A stretch of 64,000 nucleotides of DNA from Pecten maximus (Eukaryota), in contig NC_047022.1 of the NCBI RefSeq assembly GCF_902652985.1, forward strand, positions 19,592,001-19,656,000, given 5' to 3'. Position numbers and translations under genes: made by a program. This document shows positions 1 through 14,200 of the stretch, piece by piece (position 1 is the first letter of the stretch; every line of letters starts with the position of its first letter). The notes under the pieces are model-generated. The model was not told where the DNA came from, ran no database searches, and was given only the letters and a program-made list of their open reading frames with translations.

Positions 1-25
1 CTTGACTTTTACACAATATGTAGGC

Positions 26-314
26 GGGGGCCACAACAGCTCAGTCAGAGTGCCAACCACATAACCTCAGTTGAAGGTCTGAGGTGCGGGGTTCGACGCT
101 CCCGAACCATGTCGATTTGACCTTCTCGGTAAGTTGAGAAACGGCCGGTCTGCGCTGTCGTGGTTGTGTCCTTTGGCAACACTCTTTACCCTACTTGATC
201 TGGATGGCATGAGATGGACCTCCCAAATGTTAGGTAGTCACCAACTACTACAAAGAGACCCTGCCTCAAAATGACTGGCTGTTCACAGGACAATAAACCG
301 AGCAAACAAACAAA
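26..314 (+). mobile_element. tRNA-derived SINE (CORE-like central domain), family 1
   Basis: A-box-like AGCTCAGTCAGAG, B-box-like GGTTCGACGCTCC, CORE-like TGTGTCCTTTGGCAACACTCTTTACCC, (CAAA)n tail, 8-bp TSD ATGTAGGC (18-25, 315-322). Homologous to 57079-57409. Confidence 0.8.
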
Positions 315-507
315 ATGTAGGCAGTTGACATGTATGTAAGAGAGTGCACTGAACACCTGCAAAATCAAAAGTGGGATTTGTTTCCAAGGTTAAAGATGAT
401 AACCCTGTGTTCGATGAATTATGTACCAATAAAAAATTACTCAAAGATGAAATGTTCACCACAATATTTCTTTTTGATGAATTATGTTATTTTACAATGA
501 ATCAGAA

Positions 508-513
508 TTTTAT
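508..513 (-). promoter_or_regulatory. Candidate polyadenylation signal AATAAA ending a ~4.7 kb 3' UTR
   Basis: TTTATT on + strand downstream of the predicted stop at 5208. Other AATAAA sites exist, so the position is tentative. Confidence 0.3.
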
Positions 514-1358
514 TTACATATGATAATCAATATCTCATCCAGCATGTCCTGTTACAAATATCTAGCTAGGTAAATAAATACATTATACTACATACAATCA
601 GTCCGACAGTGTAATACAGCCCTGTACTTACATCATAATGATCATGTGACACCTTTATATATAATATATATACATATCTGTATACTGTATAGCTTTATGA
701 TTATATGTGACCATTTTAGTGATAAATTACTAGCAAACCATGGTTATATGAAACAATTTGTACATGATGTGAATATTTCCTTTTCGAATTATGCCAAAAT
801 ATTTATACAAATAAATCTTACATGAATGTACATGCTAAACTTGCACTTAAAAGATTTGTGTTATCAAGGTATTGTTCAGATTGCTATCATCTGATTGGAC
901 ATTTTTCTCAGCAGCAGTATAATTATAAACTGGTATAAAATTCTTATGCAAATAAAGACATCTCTCAACCAGCTACCCTACGTCACATACAGAACTTACA
1001 GTATGTATGATATACACAAATTGTCATGGAAACGAGACAAAACAAATATATATAAATAATATATAAATCAAAGAACTCTTAACAAAATAGTATTGGTCCC
1101 TTCTACTACCAAAACAGCAATTTAATATTTCTAATCACCTATGTTTTAAGTACGACAAGATTCATTACATTTTCAATCTCTATTTCTAAGTACCATTACA
1201 AAGTCACAAGGGCCTTTCACTTAGTTCATCATTAAGTAAAGAATAAATTGCGACATAAAGAAAGATTCCAGATTTGAAGTCTAGAATAAAAACAAACAAA
1301 TTAGCACAGACTTATAAGTTCTTGATATGAAATATCAGTATTTGTTTATGACTGTTAG

Positions 1359-1827
1359 AACAAGTGCAATCAATGATTGCGAAAGCTCACCGGCAACAGC
1401 AATCACACTATGCATTCATTTTTTATGTATGTATAAGCATGTCATTTTGAAATTGTATGTCACATAATATCGCTCCTAGACCTCTAATGGATGTATAAAC
1501 CAAATAAGAAGGGTGTGGACTAGCTTACAAGCTTTCCAAAACTAACCCCCAAAATCTTTAAAGTGAGTTTTGGTGCCAAAAAAGTTAAGTCCACAAAATG
1601 GTAAAATGCGAAAAAATCATAAATCTTTTCTGCATGATTTTGCCATATCATCACTCCAAGACCTCTAATGAATGTATAAACCAATTTAGAAGGGCATGAG
1701 GTGTATACTTTTGGACTTACAAACTTTCCAAAAACTGACCCCAAAAACTTTAAAGTTTTGGGGTGGGACGCAGATGCGGACGCCGGGGTGACAGCATTAG
1801 CTTTCTGTTACTCGTAACCGGTGAGCT
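1359..1827 (+). mobile_element. Non-autonomous Helentron-like element (HINE/pearl-like) in the putative 3' UTR
   Basis: Starts AACAAG. Subterminal IR AGCTCACCGG (1384) / CCGGTGAGCT (1818-1827), two ~180-bp internal repeats (1479, 1660), GGACGC microsatellite, followed by an A-run. Confidence 0.75.
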
Positions 1828-4800
1828 AAAAATGAGCATTTCATTATAATTTTCAGCAGTATATCTCTATCCTTAACCTTGTACAACTTGAAATTTTCAA
1901 TCTGCATTAAGTATTCTTTATCACAACCTAATCCTGCATGTTATTGTTCAAATTTTTAAATGTGTAAATCTGATAAAAAATTAAGCATCTAGCCTTATAT
2001 TAATGAAATAATAATTTAATCTATATCACTAAAAATTGTAAGTGTTAGGTTTCAAAAGGATTTGCTACTGTTAAAGTAACTATCAAATCAATATCAAATT
2101 TATTCATATTTTTTAAGTTTGATCAAAAAAAAAAAAAACAAATCCAGACATTTGTGAAAGTCAAGCTTATGAATCTAGACCCTTCGTTATCCATCAAATC
2201 TAATCCTAGATCACACTTCCTCTACATGAATATCAAATTTATTAAATAACACCTCTCTTCCTTCAATATAATTTATTACCTATCGTGAAGCATCAGACAT
2301 CATATTTATCTTGCAGCCAGTTGAGCATGAAACATTGGATCTCAACTGAGAGCCAAGGACATGGATCTGCAGAACGATTTTCCTTGTGATTTGTCAGCAG
2401 AACTGAAGGATATAGGTCACTGAGTATAAGTCATTACTCACCCTCATGAACCCTGTGAAATGTGAATTATTGGCTCAAACTAAATTTCTCCTATGTTACT
2501 GAAATCATGCGACACTGTGAATAACTTACATGACTAACAGTACAAATTGGATTGTTTAACCCAGAATTTGGTCTAAATTGGCCAACGAATTGGCTAATGT
2601 GTAGCAAACTGTCCTCTTCTGTTTTAAATCTCTGTAAACTGGCCGAACTTTATAGTCCTAGGATGTCTGGTTCACACAGAAAACAATGTATTTTTTAAAT
2701 CTACAATTTATTTCATACATTTACAGTGTATTTCGTACCTTAGATTTTATGTACATTTCTGTAACTAATGGAGGATTTGGTCCCTATGAAATAAAAAAGA
2801 ACAGATTTCATCAAAAGTATATCCATATCAAAGACGTACATCTTAAATAACATGGCCCCCAAAATTATATTATACATGTTATAACGAGAACAGCCAGCAG
2901 AAAAACAAATCTGGCAATATAAATCTACAAAAGAACACTTGGAATGTTTAATCAAAAATTGAGCTCACACTTAATAGAACATTATAAACATTGACTTGTA
3001 TATAAGATAAAATTTTCATTGATGACATTAATAAAATTACAAAATACTGATCACAAAGTAAGTTTTAACAGGATTGTTAAACAAGGATCAAATCCATGAA
3101 CGTTTTTGTTACATTAACCATATTGATCCCGCAATAAGTCTAGGAGGATAACGTATATATATAGCTAGACCAACGGACAGGGGTGGGCTTAATACCGGAC
3201 AATGAGATGTAATTTGGTAGTATTCTATACTGAAGTGGAATATACATAATTTATACATATATGGATAGGATTATTACTAGGCATGAGCTTATTATGGGAT
3301 AAATACAGAAATAACGCCTTTCGAATACAGCTGACCTTCAGGCAAGTTTATATACATACTGTACAGAAACTATCATCTAATGAAGTCTATGCTGGAAATG
3401 ATATGCAAGTGTGAAAAAGTATCACCTGTCAAACAAGATTAATGGAAAAGGAACAAAAATACGCCACATATTTGTAACAAAATACGAAAATTGAGTTACG
3501 CAACAAAGAAAGCTGTCAATTAGGATTACCAGGAATGTCTGTGAACACATAGACATCTCTCAATATATCTGTGGTTTGTGTAACAATTGGAAAGCAGTCT
3601 GTCAAATATGATTAGTCTGGTAAAACAATATGTAAAGTTAATTTGTTATTTCTGTATACAGCTTTGTATTAAGTACAGTTTTAGAATAGAGTGCGCAGAA
3701 AAAAGCTTAATTCACTGAAAAATTTGATGCCTAAAAATAAAAATTATCATCCAAGACTTTAAATATGTCGAAAATAAATCTCAAAAGTAATTTCTTGTAT
3801 TGTGGAATTGCCTATAATGTTGTTATACAGTTTTAGAATGTAGCATGCAGAACAAATCCACTTAAAACATAAAAATCACACCAAAATATCAAAATGGTCA
3901 ACACAGACTTCATCTTGAAAGTCTTGAAAGATTTCCTTTCTAAAGTGAAATCAAGTGTTGATTGAAATCAAAACCTTCATTGGAACCATCACTAATGAAG
4001 GAGACTTACAGGAAATAAACAATGAACACTTTAAAATAAGAATTCTTATTTCATTAAAAATGACGTAATTATATATAACTGGTATGATTTATCTCAACCC
4101 TACATCAGACAATGTCTCAATACAAAAAGAATATTAATGCTCAACTCTCATTAAATAACGAAGATTAACGACATTCCTCACATTTCTCATCACAGCTAAT
4201 CTATTGAACTTTGACCCTGTATGATTATTCATGACTGAAAAATTTAACCCTGATCAATGGTGACCTTGAACTTTGACCCCTTATGCCAAAATATATGTGC
4301 AAAGTTGATCACAAATATGTCTTAAGAAATCATTTGTACTGATTTACAGGATCCTTGTTTGCTAAAATAACGTACTATCGTAATCAAATATTCATTTCTA
4401 GTGTTGAAATCGATCACTTGAGCTACTGCATGGACATGATTTTTTTTCTTCTAAGTAATATGTAGCTTTTATATCAACTTGAAAGATATTAAATTTAGCA
4501 TTTCAATATTGACATTCCAATTCACATTTAAACTATCTTTAATTTTAACAACAGTCAACTTTTCATTTCCTGAGTCTATCTCAACTCATCAGTAACTCGC
4601 ATAACATGAAAATAAACTGCATTCATCAACAAATCATTAAATGTTGGAAGTGCAGTGTAATATCTCCTTGTGGAACACTAAAATTAACTCTTCTTTGTGA
4701 CAACACCTTTGGGGGAGCTAATTGAATAAATGTTCGATTCCTTTGAAATATCCAAGTTATGGTACATTAACACCGTGTGTATAAAGCTCTGTTTGCCACC

Positions 4801-5207
4801 AAACATACTATAGTACCATAAATCTTCTATGAACATTTCTAAACATTTTCTTACTTAAATATTTTTTTTATGCTGACATTTGATTACATAAAAATATTAA
4901 TTGTTCCTGTTTTGCCTTTTATGAAATAGTGATCATTCTTGAGGAAAATAAGTCCTTCAATATTATTTACAGTAGATAATACTTGATTCATTGATATGTT
5001 AACAGCACAAAATATATATCTTAATGTTTCATTGTCACAGTTCTGACCATCCATTTTTATATGTTCAAAATAGGAGCTGTATTTGAATAACACTACCGTT
5101 ACTACTCCAATGCAGTTATGATGAATTTCCCAAAGGGAGGTCACTCTAGTTCCAGTTGGCCATATATGCACATGCTCCCTGATTTTTTCCTCCAAAGAAC
5201 ATTGGTG

Positions 5208-5251
5208 TTATGATAGGTCTGGTTTCTTCACTTTATCCAACAACCCAGAAT
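5208..5251 (-). CDS. Probable terminal coding exon: (N)SGLLDKVKKPDLS*
   Basis: Acceptor TTTTTCAG at 5252-5259; phase 1 matches the donor of exon 37553; TAA at 5210-5208. Confidence 0.6.
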
Positions 5252-8200
5252 CTGAAAAAGACATGTGAAAACATCAATAAATCTATGAACAATATTCTAT
5301 TTGTGAGGTTTTTGGTTTTTCTATTTAAATACATATTTACATATGCTCATTCATACTTTCAATTCTTAAAATAAATTGCAAAACTATAAAATTGCGTATT
5401 TAGAATAAAAAAAGAGTTGTCAGAAGACAACCTAGCCTGCCAAATGGGTTGAAATTTGAAATTCATTTTCAAAAGTAATGTCAAAGGTCATGGTCTGGTC
5501 TACAATCATATATATAGTACCAGAGGAAAGGTTACATTAGGAATAAAGGTCAAGTCAAGGTCAGCAGGTCTGCAAATTAAATATAGAACAAATGAAAATG
5601 TCTAAGTTGTCACAAGGAATACACCTGTCAAATACTTAAGCTGTGTCCTCATTAGTATTGAACACTGTTTTATAAAACTTTTAACCAAGCTGTTAATGGA
5701 CGCCGACAATGTTGACAGTATAGCATTATATAGCTATACTCTGTACTTTGTCCATATAGCTATACTCTGTACTATGTCCTGGCCAGCTATAGTCCTCAGA
5801 TCAGTGTATTTATATTAAATAATTAAGTTTCAATTGAGCTACTCTATTTTACTTCGAATATGCCTGCAACCCTCTCCCCGTTTTCTTTGATTAATGTACT
5901 AGGAATACTCAAAGGATGTTGTGCTGCTCTCTTTCTTCCTGGTTCTTGGCTATAGATATCAAATCTTCTCTGATATCAGACAATAATATTACAGAAAGTT
6001 GGCATATTAAAGCTAGCTATGACAGAACTCTTCCAATTCATGCCTTGTACCTTGCAAATTTTGTGTGCAACTGACAAACCACTACACCCAAGCTAATTAG
6101 CAACCAAACTACATATTAGGCTGTGCCTGATATTGTCAATGGTCCATGAATGTATTTTTTGTGATAGCCTGAGAGAGTTACAAGTGAATCTCGATCCCTA
6201 ATAGACATGAAATTTCCTCTCCTCTTTTATTGATAATTTACCTCAAACTTCAATTCATAACATTTTGACCAATAAGATCTACTATATATAGTAAACTCAA
6301 CAAGCCTGCTGGGTATTGCTTAAGCAATTACAAGTCCCCTACAGACACCGCTAAAAATAGCAAAAGTGACCTTGACCTTGATCTAAAACCCCTGAAACTC
6401 TAACTTGATCTGTAGCTACTCATACTGATGAAATCTACCTCATGTATAGTTTGAAGCGATAGAAACAAATAGTTAAATATCAAACAGATCTGATTTTGAA
6501 TTTGTATAAATCACTTTTTTTATATTTTTTATATGGGAAAAATTCATGCTACTGAAATACATGTGTAGGAGGAATTGCAGTATAAGATGATAAATGATAT
6601 TTCAGACCAGATCATTAAGCAAACATGTTGTGGATTCAATTAACTCCTGAAATTTGTTTTTTTAAAAACACCCATTAATTTTACATCAAGGGAGTTGCAA
6701 AAAATATCCTTTTGTTGTCTTTTTGTCAAACTACACCAACTTCAAAGTTCTATTCATGAATGTGAAAATTTATGTTGTATTTAAAACCTGATTTGTGATA
6801 AATTATCACTTTCTGAACACCCAGGTTGACAGTAAATGGCTGCCATAAATCTTTTTCATGGTATATTTTTTTCATTTCTTTTTATAATGATGCCAGCCAA
6901 ACCATTAATCAATCCTATAGTTGATGAATCCCAGTTACTAGGTAACAGTAGACACTTTTCCTCTGACATCAGAGCCTGATAAACACCTTATTATCTGCCA
7001 ATTTTTTTTTATTTTTCAAAAAACAGTTACGTTGGAGATCTTTTTAAATCTGTAAACTCTTTTGAAATCAGATAAACAGTTTTAATTCCAACAAAAAACA
7101 AAGTAGAAACTCATTTGCAGTAATGTTTTTAGAAGCAGCTGCACTATATATATATATATATATATTAGTAATACTAGTAATATATATACCAACTAAATGC
7201 ACCAGAAGATGAAGTTTACTTACACTACAGCATGAATATACTGATACCATGTCAATTTCTTGATTTTAAACTCATGAATAAAGTATTTTAAATGAATAAA
7301 ATGTCCTGAATAATTCAGTACCTTTGTGATGGTGATTACAATGGCTGCCAAGAGGCTACATGGCCTCGGACCTTCAGCAATATCGATCATGTCAGGAGGC
7401 TGCACTTTTACACAAATATATGTGTACTGTTCAGGCAATATTGGCTATGCCATCTATCACCAACAGTTTTTTATCTACTGTATTGATTGCGGCCTACACA
7501 AGTCCACCCAACATCACATCAGGCCAACTTAACAATACATCGCCCTGCCCCCATCCTCCCCCTCCCCACACAAACCTTTCATTCCCCTCCTACTAGAGGC
7601 AACATTCAAACATTTTCTAGAAATTTACTCAAGACCTCAAGTCTTGAGGGATTTCATTTAACAAACAACCAATCTTTCTGGGAAGTTGAAAAAACACTTT
7701 GCGTGATATCAATAATATGATCGACACTGAAGTTCAAGGTCAAGACCTCAACAATATGACGTCCTGTCCACTTCCTGAAGGCAATTTCCATGATTAATTT
7801 CTCACAACTGCAAGCCTTGATTGAAAAGCATAAAAAAATTCTGTATGATATATTAAGTTTATCTGAAATTCACAGGATAGAAATGAAAAATTTATTAATA
7901 ACAAGCCAATAACTGAAAATATGTTACATTTCTGAACAATGATGAAAAAGCTGGAGTAATATTGGTGGCATGTGTGATGCGCATCAACCTCTGTATTTGT
8001 GTCAAATGTACAATTAAGATGGAAAGATTTTTTGGGAATTATCAATGTATCATTTCTATAAGAAACACTGATCACCCGTGTACATCTGTGATCACCAATT
8101 ATCAACGTGTTTCTTTGCTTGTGAAATGAAAAAAAAAAAAAAAAAAAAAAATTCAGCTAATTTGTTCATTTTTCAAACGTTTATATTGCCATGATGTTCA

Positions 8201-11200
8201 CCATTGAGATCTAATTCTTGTCTATATGTACAGTATATATTTGTTTGGGAGCAACAGGCCTAAGATCAATTCTATGGGCTAATATAGGAAGGAGAATTTA
8301 CTGGGTTTTAAGACTAGAACAATTGTAACTTTGGGGTACATATGCCCTCGATCTTTGATGTATTTATTGTAACACTAAAATCTGTATTTCTCTAACTTAA
8401 TGTACACCAAAGGTAATTATTGGTCTGATTAAAGGGTTGGTAAAAACCTACGGTGGCTTTCCTTTTCCTCATATCTTCTTTTTTGTAGTTTTGCCAACCA
8501 AATGTTTCCTCAGAAAAAGATTACAAATCTATAAAAAAGACTTTTAAGGAAAATGGTCTTTTCAGGGAAATTGCAGCCGTTCATTAAGTTAATGGGAATG
8601 CCCATAAGAGTTTCAGGAAATCATGAGTGCAATCTTTTTTTTTATAGTTTTTTGTTTGATGTTTTAAATGAGGACAACAACTATGATGTCGAGTCCCAAA
8701 ATGTTATTTAAAAAAAGTTTTTTCTCGTCTTTAATCACATAAAAATTCTTTCTGCTGCATCAAGCAAACATCATTATCTGCAGTTCACATGTAATGTGAT
8801 TGTAAATGCCATACAGACTTGACATCGCTATTAACTAACACTATTTACTGCTGGCAAACACAACACACATTTCTGAGGAAGAGAAAAGTGAATGGCTGCT
8901 CGCCTTGCCAGCTGAATGAAGAATACAATGTAACTCGTCAGTAGTTCCGTGCTGAGTGGAATGGAATTGAATGTTTGTGTGGTGTAGTCATAACACACCA
9001 ATGCCTTTCAACTAGCCAGGCGACTAAGGGATTGGATTCCCTAATCGAACACGAAATGTTTTTTTTTTTGGCAATTATGTCCCTTTTTCATCGGAGCTGC
9101 ATAAGATCATTTTGCAAAATCTACGTCATAAAGTACTGGAGTAAATGCAGTAATTTTTATGATTGGTCAGAAATAGTTTCTTTCCAATTGTGTGGGCAGA
9201 CTGATTCAATTTGAGACAGCAAAATCTACATCAAACTGTATCTAAATAAATGCAGTAATTTTTATGATTGGTCAGAAATTGTTTGTCTCCAATTATGCAG
9301 GCAGACTGATTGAATTACACAAATTGTTTTCTCCTTCTCTTTTATATCAAATACATGCTGACCAAGTGTTGTAGGTTTATAATATTATGGTATCTATATT
9401 AGTAGACATTCCAGCTGACCAAGTGTTGTAGGTTTATAATATTATGGTATCTATATTAGTAGACATTCCAGCTGACCAAGTGTTGTAGGTTTATAATATT
9501 ATGGTATATATATTAGTAGACATTCCAGCTGACCAAGTGTTGTAGGTTTATAATATTATGGTATCTATATTAGTAGACATTCCAGCTGACCAAGTGTTGT
9601 AGGTTTATAATATCATGGTATCTATATTAGTAGACATTCCAGCTGACCAAGTGTTGTAGGTTTATAATATTATGGTATCTATATTATCAGACAATCCAGG
9701 TTTTGATGTTAGAAACTTAATATCAGACAATACAAAACAGCCTGCATCATAATTTATCATCCCCGAGTCTGTTGATTGTCAGATTCTGTCGAAAAATTTA
9801 AAAAGATTTTTTCAAAGTGTACAACATCATATCAACTTTGCCAGTTATCTTTTTTTGAAGATATTTCTTATCCTGAGTTTGTAGACAGAAATTTCATTAT
9901 GTAGTCTAGTGTATACTGAAATCGTGTACTTTAAATACACTTACTTTTTGGATCCATCTATAATGGCAGCTTAATGCTTCTTTTCCTATACTTGAACTTG
10001 CAGACAATCTTGTTAAAACACAATCAAACTCCAGTTTTCATCCATGCAAACTTCTTGAAACTTATTCACAAGCTTACACTGAAACTTAGTCACAACTTGG
10101 TGTACATTGAAGCTTATTCTCAATCTTGGTGTACACTAAAACTTGTTCTCAATCTTGGTGTACACTGAAACTTATTCTCAATCTTGGTGTACACTGAAAC
10201 TTATTCTCAATCTTGGTGTACACTCAAACTTATTCTCAAACTTGTTGTACACTCAAATCTATTCTCAAGCTTGGTGTACACTGACACTTATTTTCAAGCT
10301 TGCTGTATGCTGAAACTTATTTACAGTCCTGGTGTACACTGAAACTTATTCACAAGCTTCAGGTATACACTGAAATTTATTCACAAGCTTGGTGTACTAC
10401 TGACACTTATTTTCAAGCTTGGTGTACGCTGTAACTTATTCACAATCTTGGTGTACACTGAAACTTATTCACAATCTTTGTGTACACTGAAACTTATTCA
10501 CAAGCTTCAGGTATCCACTGATACTTTTTCACAAACTTGGTGTATACTGAAACTTATTCTCAAGCTTGGTATATACACTGAAACTTATTCACAAGCTTGG
10601 TGTACACTGAAACTTATTCTCAATCTTGGTGTACACTCAAACTTATTCTCAAACTTGGTGTACACTCAAATCTATTCTCAAGCTTGGTGTACACTGACAC
10701 TTATTTTCATGCTTGGTGTATGCTGAAACTTATTTACAGTCTTGGTGTACACTGAAACTTATTCACAAGCTTGGTGTACACTGAAACTTATTCACAAGCT
10801 TCAGGTATACACTGAAACTTATTCACAAGCTTGGTGTATACTGACACTTATTTTCAAGCTTGGTGTACACTGAAACTTATTCACAATCTTGGTGTACACT
10901 GAAACTTATTCACAATCTTGGTGAACACTGAAACTTATTCACAAGCTTCAGGTATCCACTGATACTTATTCACAAGCTTGGTGTATACTGAAACTTATTC
11001 TCAAGCTTGGTATATACACTGAAACTTATTCACAAGCTTGGTGTACACTGAAACTTATTCTCAATCTTGGTGTACACTCAAACTTATTCTCAAACTTGGT
11101 GTACACTCAAATCTATTCTCAAGCTTGGTATACACTGACACTTATTTTCATGCTTGGTGTATGCTGAAACTTATTTTCAGTCTTGGTGTACACTGAAACT

Positions 11201-14200
11201 TATTCACAAGCTTGGTGTACACTGAAACTTATTCACAAGCTTCAGGTATACACTGAAACTTATTCACAAGCTTGGTGTATACTGACACTTATTTTCAAGC
11301 TTGGTGTACACTGAAACTTATTCACAATCTTGGTGTACACTGAAACTTATTCACAATCTTGGTGTACACTGAAACTTATTCACAAGCTTCAGGTATCCAC
11401 TGATACTTATTCACAAGCTTGGTGTATAATGAAACTTATTCTCAAGCTTGGTATATACACTGAAACTTATTCTAAATCTCCTAAAAACTTATTCTCAATC
11501 TTTGTGTACACTAAAACTTATTCACAAGCTAATTTTGTGTACACTGAAACATATTCAAAAGCTAAGTGTACATAGAAACTTATTCTCAGTCTTTGTGTAC
11601 ACTGAAACTTATTCTCAAGTTTGGTGTATTGAAACGTATTCTCAATTTTTATGTACACTAATGTTGTGCATCTTTGCTTATTTGTTTTGACCAGTGATTT
11701 TGCCACTTTCTATCTTCATTAACAAGTGTGAGATGCAGAATGGAAATCAGAGCAGATTGGGTTAGGTTGGGGGGTTTTGGGTTGGGGGTGGGGGGTGTAT
11801 TATTTGGCAACCAGGCGACAGTGTGAAATTACACCTACTGGATTATATTAGAGTTTTGCATAAAAAAAGATGCGACAGAATTTCAAAATTGATTTTCAGC
11901 TTTTGATGTTTAACAGGTGTTGCCATTAAATGATATAATGCACATATACAATAATATAAAATATATCTGAGGCATAGTGATGATGTTGTTGCTTATTAAT
12001 TATCTCTCCACCAACAGCCAGAGTCATTTTGAAGTGGGATCTTCTTCAGTCTGATTAAAATGAGCTGTTGCAAGGCTACGTTTACTACTACTATGCCAGG
12101 CTGAACGTAGTAGTCACGTAGTAAATATATCCAGAGCGTAGTACATAGTAAACCTAGCCATATGCAACAGCAGATTTTAATCAGATTGGGTCTCCTTGTA
12201 GTAGTTGGTGGCTACCTCACTGAAAAACATTATTATATTAATGACAGGAGGCCTGTTACAAGCCATCCAGAAAAATAAGCGTGAAGTGTCCTGCCAAAGG
12301 ACAACCACATCAGCACAGACAAGCTATTTCTCAGCTTCCTGAGAAACATAAACCACCATGGGTATATGGGGATGGTTTAGCAGTCAGTAAGTTTGACTAG
12401 GGGTTTAAAGAATTCCTGTATCAATGCACTCTGCTGAATATCTCAGCAATCAGCCATGGTAATTTTGAATATATCATTTTCTATAGACAGTTTACAGAAT
12501 ACTTAACATCTAACGGTAATCTTCTTCTAATGAGCCCTGCCCTCTGCCCCATACTTACTATCCTTCACATATCACAGTGCCAGTAATATCCCACATACCA
12601 AATTAAAATCTAATGAAAATCTGTGTTAAAATTTTCTAGCCAAGACAAGACCATTTCAAGACATTTACTTGACAAACTTATACATGTATCGCTAATTAAA
12701 CTAAATTTCAGCTGCTTGTTTCTGTTGCATTAATTGGAATGCTTAAATTATGAACAATAGAAAAGTTTCATTATAATATGTCAAAATATAGGGTCCAGAA
12801 AATCTTCTAAAATAGGCAGTGTTAAAATATCTGCCATTTTTCTTTTATACACCTGCAGAAAAGCATATCTGGAAAGGATATTGTACCAATATGCAACCTG
12901 CAGTTATTTATGACAGATAAATCACACAGTCTGACTTCATTTCTCTGCCAGACAGTCATGAATATACGTTGGCAGATTATTTTGCAGTATTAGAAGATTC
13001 ACAGTCTATAAGGCCAGATTTTCTAATCCGATAAATCTCACTAACAATTTTTGCTTATTTGAGCTGTCTGTGACAAGATATTTTGCAGCATCAGCAACAC
13101 AAAAGAAATTTAGAGTTAGAATAAATCAATGACAATTTTTTGGTCAAGTGAGATTTGTATCTGGAAGAGTATAATGATTCAGAAGTTCCTGTTCTCAGTA
13201 AAAACATACTGGTTTCGACCCAGTGTACATTAATATACAGGATAACTCTGGTCATGAACTTCACACCTTTGATTCCATCTTTGAAGATTATTTGATTCTA
13301 CATTTTTTGGGTCTTGAGAAAAATATTTTTGAAATTTCAGTCAATTTGACCCCTTTGGCCCGTCCCTCAGTCCCCTTGGGGTGGGGAACATACAATTTAC
13401 AATTTCGATTGACCTTTGGCCATGGAAGGTTTCTTCAAAATTTCATTTAAATTAATTGGCTCAGGGTTTCTGAGAAGAAGTCAAAAATGTAAATTGTTTA
13501 TGGACGCACGATGGATGACAATTAATGGACGATTAAGGCAATTAGAATAGGTCACTTGAGAATTTGTCTCAGCGTAACCTGATAAAGTGATATTTAAGGA
13601 TTGAATAATGTTATGTTGAGGTGTATAAACCTCAATAGGTCTTGAGACAAATTTTATGAACTGCTTCACAGTTCATAATAAATTTGTCTCAAGACCTATT
13701 GAGGTTTATACCCCCATACACCTCAACATAACTTTATTCAATCCTTATATTTATATTTTTTTGATGTTTTGTACAATATTTTGTCTTTGACAAATAGGGA
13801 CTTGTGCAAGTCTACCACAGAACTTAAAGAAATGTACGTCATCACTCTCCATCTACATATGGTTAATACTTTTAGGATTTCTTTCGTGAACAAACTTAAT
13901 AGCGAATTAAAACAAACATTAGTTTTAAAGGAATTTATTTCATATAAATATGAACACTTAATTTTGAAAAGGAATTAAAAAAAATATAGTCCAAGCTCGA
14001 CAAATGTATTCCTACGCCGGACTTGATATAGTTCATTGAAAAATGACTAGAGTTAACTGTGGTAGGTTCATTGAGTTTGAATTGAGTGGAAATATAAATA
14101 TTTTCTAATGACTTCTGATATTTATAACACTCAGTGTGTTGTATACAATTTATCAGTTTTACGAAATCTTTATTGCTGAAATATTTAATGGAACATAATT

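Noticed and set aside
26-103. Possible tRNA gene (also at 57079)
   Set aside because: The tRNA-like head continues into a SINE body with tail and TSD; no clean cloverleaf.
9357-11660. CRISPR-like appearance of regular 29-57 bp repeats (also 23956-25708 and 33070-34134)
   Set aside because: Head-to-tail units with no unique spacers, no cas genes and a eukaryotic context.
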